Positions 1 to 9,370 are shown, counted from the stretch's first letter. The stretch: DNA of 64,000 nucleotides from an uncultured Ignavibacteriales bacterium (GCA_964461265.1 CAYWTS010000007.1:10906-74905), one strand, 5' to 3'. Made by a program: numbers and translations. The notes: generated by a model from the letters alone, not told the origin.

Positions 1-941
1 GGGAGACAGGCAAAACTCGTGATATTACAGGTGGTTTGCCGAGGGTTACTGAATTATTTGAAGCCAGAAGCCCGAATTCACCTTCCATAGTTTCTGAAAT
101 TGACGGATTTGTGGAAATCGGCGCTCTGAAACGCGGTTCACGTGAAGTAAAAGTAATTAGCGAAGATAAAAGCGTAGAGAAAAAATACCTTATTCCCGTT
201 GGCAAGCATATACTTGTAAGAGACGGTGATTTTATAAAAGCCGGTGAAGCACTCTCGAGCGGTGCTGTTGATCCGCATGACATTCTAAGGATAAAAGGTG
301 TTGCAGATGTTCAGGCTTACCTTGTTAACGAGATACAGGAAGTTTACAGAATGCAGGGTGTGAAAATAAATGATAAGCATATCGAAGTTATTGTACGGCA
401 GATGCTCCAGAAGGTGAGAATTGTTGACCCTGGTGACACTAATTACCTTGAAGGTGATGTTGTTCACAGGTTCAAATTCTATGATGAGAACGAACAACTG
501 AAAAACAAAGTAGTCATAACCGACCAGGGCGGTTCAACAAAGGCAAGAATGTATGATATAATTGACAAGAAAATAGTTAAAGAACTTAACGCTGAACTCA
601 AAAAGAAAAAGAAGGATTTGATAAAGTTCCGTGAGACTAATCCCGCAATAGCTAACCCAATATTACAGGGTATATCACAGACATCTATCACAACCGACAG
701 CTTTATTTCGGCAGCATCGTTCCAGGAGACTACTAAAGTCTTAACAGATGCTGCTATAGAAGGCAAAGTTGATTACCTGCACGGATTGAAAGAAAATGTT
801 ATAGTAGGCCAGCTCATTCCGGCAGGCACGGGATTAAAACGATACAAAGAACTGCTTGTGCTTAAAAAAGATGAAACTGCTGTAGAGGAAGAAAAGCCGA
901 AGAAGAAAAGAGCTAAGAAAAAAGAAAAAGCAGAAGCGTAA
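1..941 (+). CDS. rpoC: DNA-directed RNA polymerase beta-prime subunit, C-terminal part (5' end lies outside the window)
   Basis: The frame is open from the window edge and reads [22 protein letters not shown]...[16 protein letters not shown]...[14 protein letters not shown]...[17 protein letters not shown]. These are conserved beta-prime C-terminal motifs, followed by a K/E-rich tail and a stop at 939-941. Confidence 0.95.
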   Translation, partial: ETGKTRDITGGLPRVTELFEARSPNSPSIVSEIDGFVEIGALKRGSREVKVISEDKSVEKKYLIPVGKHILVRDGDFIKAGEALSSGAVDPHDILRIKGVADVQAYLVNEIQEVYRMQGVKINDKHIEVIVRQMLQKVRIVDPGDTNYLEGDVVHRFKFYDENEQLKNKVVITDQGGSTKARMYDIIDKKIVKELNAELKKKKKDLIKFRETNPAIANPILQGISQTSITTDSFISAASFQETTKVLTDAAIEGKVDYLHGLKENVIVGQLIPAGTGLKRYKELLVLKKDETAVEEEKPKKKRAKKKEKAEA

Positions 942-961
942 AGAAAATCATTTATTAGTGA

Positions 962-1001
962 CCCCGACATTAAACAATTTTATATTAAGTCGGGGTTTTT
1001 T
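962..1001 (+). terminator. Rho-independent terminator after rpoC
   Basis: CCCCGAC (962-968) pairs with GTCGGGG (989-995) and is followed by a T run (996-1001). The 20-nt loop is long for a terminator. Confidence 0.65.
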
Positions 1002-1006
1002 ATTTT

Positions 1007-2320
1007 ATGAAAAACATTAAAGAATATTTAGACTACCTTTATAAATTCGAAAGGTTGCGGATGAAGTATGACCTCCGGAATATTAAAAAGATTCTGAAGG
1101 AACTCGGCAATCCTGAAAAAGAATTAAAATGCATACACGTTGCGGGGACAAACGGCAAAGGTGCAGTTGCTTCTTTTACAGCTTCTATTCTTATGGAACA
1201 TGGGTTAAAAACGGGACTTTTCACTTCACCTCATATATTAAAATTTAATGAGAGGATAAGAGTTAACGGGAAACAAATTAATAATGCTTATATTAAAAAC
1301 TTTTTAAGTAATAATTTAAAATTATTTCAAAAAATCCGCCCGTCTTTCTTCGAGGTTTGCACCGCCCTTGCTTTCAGCTATTTCAGGGATAAAAACGTTG
1401 ATGCTGCTGTAATAGAATGCGGGCTTGGCGGAAGGCTTGATTCTACAAATATTATTACACCTCTGGTATCAGTTATCACACAGATAGCTATGGACCATGA
1501 GAAATACCTTGGCAATTCTTTACTTAAAATAGCTAAAGAAAAGCTTGGAATTGTGAAAAAGAATGTCCCTGTTGTTGTGAGTGATAATAACTTGTCACTA
1601 AAAAAATTATTTTACAAATCTATTGATAAATTGATGCTGATATATTTAGAAGATTATTTATCGAACCCCCTCCTAATCTCCCCCCGTCAGGGGGAGATAC
1701 AGTGGGGGTCTTTACTAAAATACAAGAAAACAGACTACATAAACAGTAATTTTCAAATTCGCAATGCACAGGCAGCGTTAACAGCAAGTGAAATATTTCT
1801 TAAAAGAACAAAAAAACACAAACCTGACAGGTTTAAAAAACCTGTCGGGTTTAACGTTACAAAAGCTGTAAAAGGATTAAGAAACTTAATTAAAAACACA
1901 TCTTACCATTGCCGTCTTGAAACAATAAAAAAAGCCGGATATGATTTTATTTTTGACGTTGCACACAATCCTGCTGCCGTTAAAAACACTTATGAAAATC
2001 TGAATGATACAAAAATAGATGCTGTCGTATTCGGGATGATGGAAGATAAGGATTACAGATCTGCGTTGCCTTATATAATGAAGTTGTCTGATACTATTAT
2101 TTTCACCAAACCCTCCTATCACCGCTCGCTTGAACCGGAAATATTATTTAAAGAAGCATTGAAATATAAGAAACCGAAAAAATTATTTATAACTTTAACT
2201 GTTCAAGATGCAATTAAAAAAGTGTATATTATAAAAGGCAGAAAAGTTTTATTTTGCGGGTCGTTTTTTTTGGTATCGGATGCTTTGAAGGTCTTGAAAT
2301 TACAGAAGTATATTAATTAA
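1007..2320 (+). CDS. folC: Folylpolyglutamate synthase / dihydrofolate synthase (Mur-ligase family)
   Basis: HVAGTNGKGAV nucleotide-binding motif, FTSPHILKFNERI, ECGLGGRLDSTN and ITQIAMDH, in the FolC-typical order and length. The gene carries two palindromic insertions (see findings). Confidence 0.85.
   Translation: MKNIKEYLDYLYKFERLRMKYDLRNIKKILKELGNPEKELKCIHVAGTNGKGAVASFTASILMEHGLKTGLFTSPHILKFNERIRVNGKQINNAYIKNFLSNNLKLFQKIRPSFFEVCTALAFSYFRDKNVDAAVIECGLGGRLDSTNIITPLVSVITQIAMDHEKYLGNSLLKIAKEKLGIVKKNVPVVVSDNNLSLKKLFYKSIDKLMLIYLEDYLSNPLLISPRQGEIQWGSLLKYKKTDYINSNFQIRNAQAALTASEIFLKRTKKHKPDRFKKPVGFNVTKAVKGLRNLIKNTSYHCRLETIKKAGYDFIFDVAHNPAAVKNTYENLNDTKIDAVVFGMMEDKDYRSALPYIMKLSDTIIFTKPSYHRSLEPEILFKEALKYKKPKKLFITLTVQDAIKKVYIIKGRKVLFCGSFFLVSDALKVLKLQKYIN
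1665..1709. repeat. GC-rich palindromic element inside folC (45 bp, in frame)
   Basis: ATCTCCCCC (1676-1685) gtca GGGGGAGAT (1690-1698) is a perfect 9-bp stem. Outer arms are ACCCCC (1665-1670) and GGGGGT (1704-1709). It shares ordered blocks with the element at 10653-10714. Confidence 0.55.
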
Positions 2321-2426
2321 TTTTAAACATGCTGCCTGAGGCAGGTGAGCTTTTGTATACTGACAAGGGGCAGAATCCACTTATTATAATATATTTTCAC
2401 CATTTACCATTCACTATTCACCTACA

Positions 2427-2885
2427 TTATTTCCCCTTTTTATAATCCTTCAGTAATTTTTTAATTTCTTCCGAAAATTTACGCTCAAATATTATCATAA
2501 TTGCAAATTGTTTTGGTGTGAGCATACTGCGTAAATCAGATGTAAAGTTTTCTTTCATTTCATTCATCTGTTTCTCAAGACTAATAAGCTGGTCGACTAA
2601 AGTATCAAGCCCTTCACCGCTTCCCAGGTTTTGTGTTATATCGATGTAAACATTAATTCTTTTTTTGTTAACTTCCCTTAATTCTTTTACATAATCCATA
2701 TATTTATCCTTAAAAGTAACGGCGGTGATGGTATCGAGCTCAAGTTTTTTAACAAGCTTATCGAGCTTAATCTTCTGTATCTTTTCCCTGAAATCATTAT
2801 CCTTATCTTGAGCACACAAGCAGTTTGCAAAACCTGCAATACCTGCAATAATAAAAATTAGTAATATTACTTTCCTGTTGAACAT
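2427..2885 (-). CDS. Periplasmic helical protein, Spy/CpxP-like stress protein candidate
   Basis: Signal peptide, then a K/E-rich helical sequence. It is the last gene of the ECF sigma / anti-sigma operon, 8 nt after the anti-sigma stop. The family assignment is weak. Confidence 0.4.
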   Translation of the reverse strand: MFNRKVILLIFIIAGIAGFANCLCAQDKDNDFREKIQKIKLDKLVKKLELDTITAVTFKDKYMDYVKELREVNKKRINVYIDITQNLGSGEGLDTLVDQLISLEKQMNEMKENFTSDLRSMLTPKQFAIMIIFERKFSEEIKKLLKDYKKGK

Positions 2886-2893
2886 TTTATTAA

Positions 2894-3640
2894 TTATATA
2901 TCTGTCTTAATTAATTTTTCAAGCATTAAATCCTGTTCAAGGGTACTTAGCTTATCGAGTTCACTTTCAATTTCTTCGTCAAAGCTTCCCGCTCCTCCGA
3001 ACAGTATGCTTTCACTGACCTCATCAGATGCAAACTCTTCGGTAATATCCTTAATCAAAGCTTTGTTTTTAACCTGAGTCACGACATAATTTTCAACTTT
3101 TTCTTCGACTAGTTGTTCTTTTACAACACCGGGCTTCTTCAGATTTGTTTTTGCAGACTTCAGAATATCTTTTTTAACAGGTTGTTGTTCTTTAGCAGTA
3201 ATTTTTTCCTTCGTTTCTGGAATTTCCTCTTTCTTCTGTTCGGTCTGCTGAATCGTATCTTGTTTTTCTTTCTTAGTCATCTGCTGTTCAGCCGGTTTAA
3301 ATAACATATAAATAATTACAATCAGAATAACCGCCGAAACAGGAACAAGCACTTTCCACCATTTAGTAAAAGTATTACGGGCTGATTCTGCTTCTTCTTT
3401 CTCCTCTATACGCTGATGTATACGCGGTAAAAGATTTATCCAGTAACCGGGTGAAGGTTCGGTATATTTAATTTTATCTATGGCTGTGAAAGCTAAGCTT
3501 ACTTCATCATAAAAATCACGAAGCTCCGATGAGCTGTTTAAATACTGCTCAACGTATTTCTTTTCTTCATCTCCAAGCAATCCCGAAACATAGTCGGGTA
3601 TCAGGAGCTTAATTTTTTCTATTTCTTTTTTCGAAGACAC
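2894..3640 (-). CDS. Anti-sigma factor (single-pass membrane protein)
   Basis: It lies 4 nt downstream of the ECF sigma gene. The N-terminal IPDYVSGLLGDEEKKYVEQYL...FYDEV resembles anti-sigma N-domains. There is one TM helix (WWKVLVPVSAVILIVIIYMLF) and a K/E/Q-rich C-terminal region. Confidence 0.55.
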   Translation of the reverse strand: MSSKKEIEKIKLLIPDYVSGLLGDEEKKYVEQYLNSSSELRDFYDEVSLAFTAIDKIKYTEPSPGYWINLLPRIHQRIEEKEEAESARNTFTKWWKVLVPVSAVILIVIIYMLFKPAEQQMTKKEKQDTIQQTEQKKEEIPETKEKITAKEQQPVKKDILKSAKTNLKKPGVVKEQLVEEKVENYVVTQVKNKALIKDITEEFASDEVSESILFGGAGSFDEEIESELDKLSTLEQDLMLEKLIKTDI

Positions 3641-3644
3641 TTTA

Positions 3645-4208
3645 TTACATTTTCCTTTTTACGTATTCCCCTATCTTTTTAACCGCATGGAAGTAATTCG
3701 ATTTTGCCCCGCCAACCGAAAGCTTCATTATTTTTGCTATATCTTCGTATGGCAGCTCATCGTAATATCTGAAGTTAAACACTGCTTTTTGCTGTGGAGG
3801 CAAAGTATTTATCGCCTCGAAAACAAGCTTCCGTTTTCTGTCTTCATCCAGCTGTTCATCCGCCTTGCTGCTTTCATATTCAATTGGTTCCAGAACTGTT
3901 TCCATACTGACTGTAGTTTTGACCTTTGCTTTATTCAGATGGTTTAATGAATAATTCACTGCTATTCTGTACAACCACGTGAATAAATTTGCTTCTTCCC
4001 TAAAATCTTTCAAAGCGGTATATATTTTAATGAACACTTCCTGTGTAATATCATCGGCATCGTCATGAGTATTAACCATTTTTCTTATTACCCAGTAAAC
4101 CTGCTGCTGGTATCGTTTTACAATCTCATTGTAACCGCGTATATCGCCGTCTTTATACGCTGCTATAAGTTCTTCATCGCTAGATTTACTTCCAATAATA
4201 TCAGTCAT
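3645..4208 (-). CDS. ECF-type RNA polymerase sigma-70 family factor
   Basis: 187 aa. Region 2 (DADDITQEVFIKIY...WLYRIAVNYSLN) and region 4 (LPPQQKAVFNFRYYDELPYEDIAKIMKLSVGGAKSNYFHAVKKI) are both recognisable. Confidence 0.85.
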   Translation of the reverse strand: MTDIIGSKSSDEELIAAYKDGDIRGYNEIVKRYQQQVYWVIRKMVNTHDDADDITQEVFIKIYTALKDFREEANLFTWLYRIAVNYSLNHLNKAKVKTTVSMETVLEPIEYESSKADEQLDEDRKRKLVFEAINTLPPQQKAVFNFRYYDELPYEDIAKIMKLSVGGAKSNYFHAVKKIGEYVKRKM

Positions 4209-4503
4209 TCAGGGCTAATGGTTAAACCTTTAAAAACAGGTTTAATTTATTTGCTAATATAATAAATAATGTCGATTAAATTACTGTGCTTATTGAATTT
4301 ACTTATTTTCAGCATGCTCAGTATAGCCCTTTACATACTGTTTGACAAAAATTTATCTATAAAGTTTAATTAAAATTTACAATTCTTTAAAATACCATTA
4401 ATAAAGTACTCACTTTATCAGATAGATTAGATTTAGCATTGCTCAGAATTTGCTGAAACAAATCTCTATGGTAAACATCTGTACGTATGTTAACTGTGAA
4501 TTA

Positions 4504-4528
4504 TTAATTGTTAATTGTTAATTGTTAA
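4504..4528. repeat. Heptamer tandem repeat (TTAATTG) x3.5
   Basis: Read directly: ttaattg ttaattg ttaattg ttaa, 30-55 nt upstream of the lytic transglycosylase start. Confidence 0.85.
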
Positions 4529-4558
4529 AATATATGCTAAAATTGAATGGTATAAATT

Positions 4559-5563
4559 GTGCTAAATGCATCTGAAAAAATAAAAAAATTTTTAACATCA
4601 CCTGGGAATTTAGCAATAATAGGTTCTATCATATTACTTGTTATTGTATTTATTTACCTGTTCGCAAACAGGGACATGACAAGATACAATAACACACAGG
4701 ATTCTCGGAATCCCGAAAACGTAATCTCCCCTATTTCTAAGGAAACCAAAACACAAACGGCAGATAAAGATTATTTTAAGCGTCTCAGTATCAGGCAGTT
4801 AGTACAGGTTATCGATTTAATTTACAACTGGCAATCGCTTCTGGATATATTTACCTTTAATCCTCAGGTAACAAATCCAAAATTCCGGATATCACAACCC
4901 GGGCTTGAGAATCTCTCTGATGTAATTAAAAATCCGAAAGTGTTTTACCCTGGCTCATCAGCCTCATTATTAGAAGAGTACGGAAAACTGATAAAAGATG
5001 AATGCAAATATTATAAGCTCGACTGGCGACTGATACTGGCTATGATAAAACAGGAATCAGCTTTTACCCCTGATGCAGTCTCACATGCCGGTGCATACGG
5101 ATTCATGCAGATTATGCCGGGAACAGGCTCTCTGCTTGAAGATGTTCTGCAAATCGAAGAACACCGTTCACCCGAAAATAATCTCCGTGCAGGCATATAT
5201 TATTATGCCTCGCTGGTTGGTCGTTACCACCAGGCTGGCGATACTAACAAATATAAATTTGCACTTGCAGCTTATAACTGCGGAACAGGTCACGTGGAAG
5301 ACGCGATGACTATTGCTTACTACTACAACAAGAATTATTTTGACTGGGATGTTGTTAGCGAATATCTTACACAGCTATCGCCGCAATACGATACACTCCA
5401 TCAGAAAATTTGGGGTTCAAAACCACCATCGGGTTTATTTTCTAACTGGAAAGAACCATTGCAATACGTTGCTAATATATCCTACTACTGGCAGCAGTAT
5501 AAGCTGATTTATCCCGAACCGGAAGATAAACCTAAGAAGAAGAGCAAAAAGAAATCTAAATGA
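4559..5563 (+). CDS. Lytic murein transglycosylase (SLT domain), membrane-anchored
   Basis: N-terminal TM helix. SLT catalytic motif MIKQESAFTPDAVSHAGAYGFMQIMPGT followed by AAYNCG. K-rich tail. Confidence 0.8.
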   Translation: MLNASEKIKKFLTSPGNLAIIGSIILLVIVFIYLFANRDMTRYNNTQDSRNPENVISPISKETKTQTADKDYFKRLSIRQLVQVIDLIYNWQSLLDIFTFNPQVTNPKFRISQPGLENLSDVIKNPKVFYPGSSASLLEEYGKLIKDECKYYKLDWRLILAMIKQESAFTPDAVSHAGAYGFMQIMPGTGSLLEDVLQIEEHRSPENNLRAGIYYYASLVGRYHQAGDTNKYKFALAAYNCGTGHVEDAMTIAYYYNKNYFDWDVVSEYLTQLSPQYDTLHQKIWGSKPPSGLFSNWKEPLQYVANISYYWQQYKLIYPEPEDKPKKKSKKKSK

Positions 5564-6390
5564 GAATTACGCTAATATGTAAAATTGTTTGCCTGTTTAC
5601 AGTTATAAGCAATTTTGCATTCTCACAATCACAGAAATTGCAATTAGATCCTTCCCGCAGTAATGAAATTAAATTACTTCATTTTATTAACTCAAACCGA
5701 ACTGAATCTACAGATGACATGTTTAGAATCTCAGACAGGTCTATGCTTCCCGTATCGTTAATGTTTCCAATGTCACTGTTTATTTACGGAAAAGGTACAA
5801 AAAAATATTACGATGAAAACTCAGGGTATCTTATGGGTGCATCTATGATACTTAATAATGCTGTAACATTGGGTATAAAATATTGCGTTAAGCGTGAAAG
5901 ACCGTATCTGAAATATCACGGTGTTTATTATGACAGTTCATCACTACATGACCAGTATTCATTTCCATCAGGGCATACGGGTAATTCTTTTACAGTTGCG
6001 ACAATGACGGTGTTACGATACCCTAACTATCCCTATGTTTATATACCAATTTATCTTTGGGGAATTATTATAGGCTACGGCAGGTCATATTGGGGTATGC
6101 ACTACCCTTCTGATGTTTTAGCAGGTGCTGTGATAGGTACTTTATCGTCCGTAGCTGTTTATTCTTTAAGAAGTGAATTAATAAAAGCAAAGAATAGAGC
6201 TTTTGGAGAGAAGTCGAATCCTGATGAAGGTTCAATAAAAGGCGGAACGTTAACACTCTTTGCCGGTGCCTTTATAATATCAACATTATTCGATAACCTA
6301 ATAGTCAACAAACCTTACCATATAAGCGTTTCCTTTGTTCCTGAAAACAAATTCGGGATGTTGCGGTGTAATGTAAGGTTAAATTTATAA
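5560..6390 (+). CDS. PAP2-family phosphatase (membrane)
   Basis: The three PAP2 motifs are present: KRERPY, PSGHTG and SYWGMHYPSDVLAG. The start overlaps the upstream stop by 4 nt. Confidence 0.8.
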   Translation: MRITLICKIVCLFTVISNFAFSQSQKLQLDPSRSNEIKLLHFINSNRTESTDDMFRISDRSMLPVSLMFPMSLFIYGKGTKKYYDENSGYLMGASMILNNAVTLGIKYCVKRERPYLKYHGVYYDSSSLHDQYSFPSGHTGNSFTVATMTVLRYPNYPYVYIPIYLWGIIIGYGRSYWGMHYPSDVLAGAVIGTLSSVAVYSLRSELIKAKNRAFGEKSNPDEGSIKGGTLTLFAGAFIISTLFDNLIVNKPYHISVSFVPENKFGMLRCNVRLNL

Positions 6391-6461
6391 GCAAAAGATG
6401 TATGTCTTCGCCAGACTTATAGCTTGTTACTTTTTTACTTGTAACTAGCAACTTATAACTC

Positions 6462-7271
6462 TTACTTTATCTTAGCATCCAACGGACCGTTCAATCCCGA
6501 ATAACTCACCAATTCTGCAACAATAGCACCTATAACAATATTCAGCTTTACTTTTACCGGGACTTTCCGTTCATCATCGGTAATATATAAATAAATATCT
6601 GAGGTTTTAGTGGTAAATCCTTCTTTCAGCATTGGTCTCACAACAAAGCATCGGAACTCACCTGCTTCCACATCCACATCTTCCCTGCCTTCAAACCTGA
6701 CCTCAAGATTCCACCACTTATCATTATGGAAGGTTGGGATAAGTATTTTATCGCCTTCTTTTTTATCTTTCCAGTTAAGCGTTCTCGCATAGTAAAACGA
6801 CGAAATCAGGTCTTGCACATAAAATGTAGTTTTGTAATTTTTATCTTCAACAAAATTAATTTTGGTATAGACCTTTAAGCTTTCCTGTATAAATGTTTCC
6901 TCGAAATCCCTTTTATAGTTACTTTCGCGAATGTGCTGTTCAAAACGCCATGGAAAAATACCTTTTTCATCTATGTATGATTTATAGCTGTCACGCACTT
7001 TATACACATGCTCAAAAGCAGAGCGTGAGTTAACGTCAAGATTTACCTCATAAGTATTCCTGCCGTTATAAACAAACGGTGCCGGTGATACGTATAAAAA
7101 AGCTTCGGCAGCTGTAATAAATCCGTAACTTATTTCATAATCCAGCTTTTCTCCGTATGTGAACGCTGAATTTGAATGCACTCTGAATTCTTTAAGTACA
7201 GAATCTTTCTGAGCATACGAAATGTTAAAAATTGTAAATAATACTGTTATAAAGATTATTATCTTTTTCAT
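6462..7271 (-). CDS. Secreted DUF3108-like protein
   Basis: Signal peptide. GEKLDYEISYGFITAAEA...YEVNL...VRD...FPWRF pattern as I recall it from DUF3108 proteins. Not verified by search. Confidence 0.45.
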   Translation of the reverse strand: MKKIIIFITVLFTIFNISYAQKDSVLKEFRVHSNSAFTYGEKLDYEISYGFITAAEAFLYVSPAPFVYNGRNTYEVNLDVNSRSAFEHVYKVRDSYKSYIDEKGIFPWRFEQHIRESNYKRDFEETFIQESLKVYTKINFVEDKNYKTTFYVQDLISSFYYARTLNWKDKKEGDKILIPTFHNDKWWNLEVRFEGREDVDVEAGEFRCFVVRPMLKEGFTTKTSDIYLYITDDERKVPVKVKLNIVIGAIVAELVSYSGLNGPLDAKIK

Positions 7272-7518
7272 ATTGATTTTTCTTCAGGTTTTCTTAATAA
7301 TTTTTATCAAATATTTATAATAGCACACCAATAACACAGATTAAAAGATAATCACTGATTTTTCAAGTTAAATATTTTCAAATGCCGTTTTCTGCCATTT
7401 ACAAACTTTATAAAACCAACCAATAATTTGATAAGTCATTTTTATGTAAAAATAATCTTCAGTATTTAACTCTGTGCTCATCCTTTAATTCTCTGTAAAA
7501 TCTGTGTGTTGTTAACAA

Positions 7519-8229
7519 TTATTTTTCTTCGGGTTTTATTAATAATTTTTTGTCGAATTTTTTATTGAATTCGTATTTCGACACTGTAATGATACCCTGT
7601 GCCTGATTAGTTTTAAACGGTAAATATATTCCTGAGGTTCCGGCTTCCTTAATATCATAATATGATGTAGTACTGTTGGAATCGACCAGCTTTAACCTGT
7701 AATATGTTTTTTTATCGAAATAAACGTTATACAAAACAGAGTCCTTTCTAAGAAACTCAACAACGTAGCAGTCTTTACCGTCTGCAGTATCCTCAGGCAG
7801 CAGCTTATATGAAATATCATACTTTTCTTTTTCAAGGTAATACTTCCACAATGCACCTCCCATGCTCCTTTCAGCCCTGGCAATTTCTTCTTCGGTAAGG
7901 TCTTTAACCTGTCCCATTAAACTCATCCACCCTGTCTTCTTATTAAAATCTACAATCTGTGTTAATCCAAGCATCTCGCTTTCAATCTTCATAAACAAAT
8001 AATCCGAGCTTAAATAAAGCGTAATGGGAAAATCCATACCCATAGCGTTAACACTGCCGGTCATATTTATCGATTTGATTTTCTTCATATTATCAACACC
8101 GCCATTTGCGGTGATGTAATTATCGATAACATCCTGGGCAGTTGTAACAGGTTTAAAATCCTGTGAAAATAAAGTTGTTAAAGATAAGAGTAAAAAAGAA
8201 ATGAATAATATTGAATATTTTTTAAGCAT
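7519..8229 (-). CDS. Secreted hypothetical protein (possibly LolA-like fold)
   Basis: Signal peptide (LLLSLTTLFSQ) and beta-rich composition. Overlaps the upstream GT9 stop by 8 nt, so the two are probably co-translated. I recognise no diagnostic motif. Confidence 0.4.
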   Translation of the reverse strand: MLKKYSILFISFLLLSLTTLFSQDFKPVTTAQDVIDNYITANGGVDNMKKIKSINMTGSVNAMGMDFPITLYLSSDYLFMKIESEMLGLTQIVDFNKKTGWMSLMGQVKDLTEEEIARAERSMGGALWKYYLEKEKYDISYKLLPEDTADGKDCYVVEFLRKDSVLYNVYFDKKTYYRLKLVDSNSTTSYYDIKEAGTSGIYLPFKTNQAQGIITVSKYEFNKKFDKKLLIKPEEK

Positions 8230-9163
8230 TTTTGTTTTCTATTAAGTTTATAATATTTTCTGAAACCTGCTCCGGTGAGGGAACACGTTTATCACTTTCA
8301 GACAGAGTGAAAATTATTTTCTTAGCTGTTCTAGGACCCCAGCGTTTTTCGTTTTCTGTTTGGCGCGGGGAGTAAAATCCTATACAAAAAATCCCTAATG
8401 CTGCTGCTATGTGAATTGGACCTGTAGAATTGCACACGAGCACTTTTGATAATTTTATTAATGCAGCGAACTCCTTTAAATCCAGGTCAGAAATGATAAA
8501 TACATTATTTTTGCTTTTAATATTTTCTGTAATATGATTAAGCTCCGTTTCATCTTCTTTTGTGCCTGTAATGACTATCTGATAACCTGTATCATTTTCC
8601 AACAACAGCAAATTTAATAAATCTGTAAAATTATTGTTATCCCAAACCAATGCAGAGCCTTTTGTGGAAGGATGTATTATTATTAGCATTTTTGCTGTAT
8701 CTAATCGCATGCTTATGAGTTTTTCCTTTATTTTTTTAATATCAGCATCGCTAACATACAATACCGGGTCGATAACCTTTTCATTTCGTATACCGATTGA
8801 ACTCAGTAAATTGAGATTATATTCAAGCTCGTGTTTTACGGAGTGTCTTCTGTGTTCATAATGCCTGAAATTAAACAGGAACGAATACCATCGGTACCCC
8901 GTGCCCAGCCTGTATCTGATACCTGACAAAAAGAGAGCAAAAGCAATACTGAATAGGGGCCTGACCGCAACAGCAAAGTCGTATTTACCTTTATTACATA
9001 TACTGTAAATCTCTTTTATACTTTCCTTTTCAATAGTAAGGAGGTTGTTTATATTTGGATAATTCTCGATTAATAATTTCACCCGGCTGTTTACAAGAAA
9101 ATCGATTTTTGCATCGGGAAAATTATTGTGCAGAATTTCAATTAAAGGCAGAGTAAGAATCAT
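8222..9163 (-). CDS. Glycosyltransferase family 9 (heptosyltransferase-like). The true start is probably upstream of 9163.
   Basis: GT9-like N-terminal motif, mid-protein ...IIIHPSTKGSALVWD..., and C-terminal NSTGPIHIAAALG. The conserved ILLIRTDHIGD motif continues upstream of the first ATG (see finding). Confidence 0.75.
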   Translation of the reverse strand: MILTLPLIEILHNNFPDAKIDFLVNSRVKLLIENYPNINNLLTIEKESIKEIYSICNKGKYDFAVAVRPLFSIAFALFLSGIRYRLGTGYRWYSFLFNFRHYEHRRHSVKHELEYNLNLLSSIGIRNEKVIDPVLYVSDADIKKIKEKLISMRLDTAKMLIIIHPSTKGSALVWDNNNFTDLLNLLLLENDTGYQIVITGTKEDETELNHITENIKSKNNVFIISDLDLKEFAALIKLSKVLVCNSTGPIHIAAALGIFCIGFYSPRQTENEKRWGPRTAKKIIFTLSESDKRVPSPEQVSENIINLIENKNA

Positions 9164-9370
9164 ATCACCGATATGATCGGTTCGGATAAGAAGAATATGC
9201 TTTATGTTCTTAAGATGAATGATATGATTTAAACAAGTTATTATTTCTGTAGCTGGCTTCAGCCTGCGTAATAAATATCCTAAGCGTTAAGGTTGCTGCA
9301 GGTTTATGTGTCATTTTCTCAATAATATAATATCACCTTTACATTTTCAATTTGAAAATTAGTTGTGTAT

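Noticed and set aside
4454-4487. A sigma-W/ECF-like promoter, TGAAAC ... CGTA, upstream of the lytic transglycosylase.
   Set aside because: The spacing between TGAAAC (4454-4459) and CGTA (4484-4487) is 24 nt rather than the 16-17 nt required.
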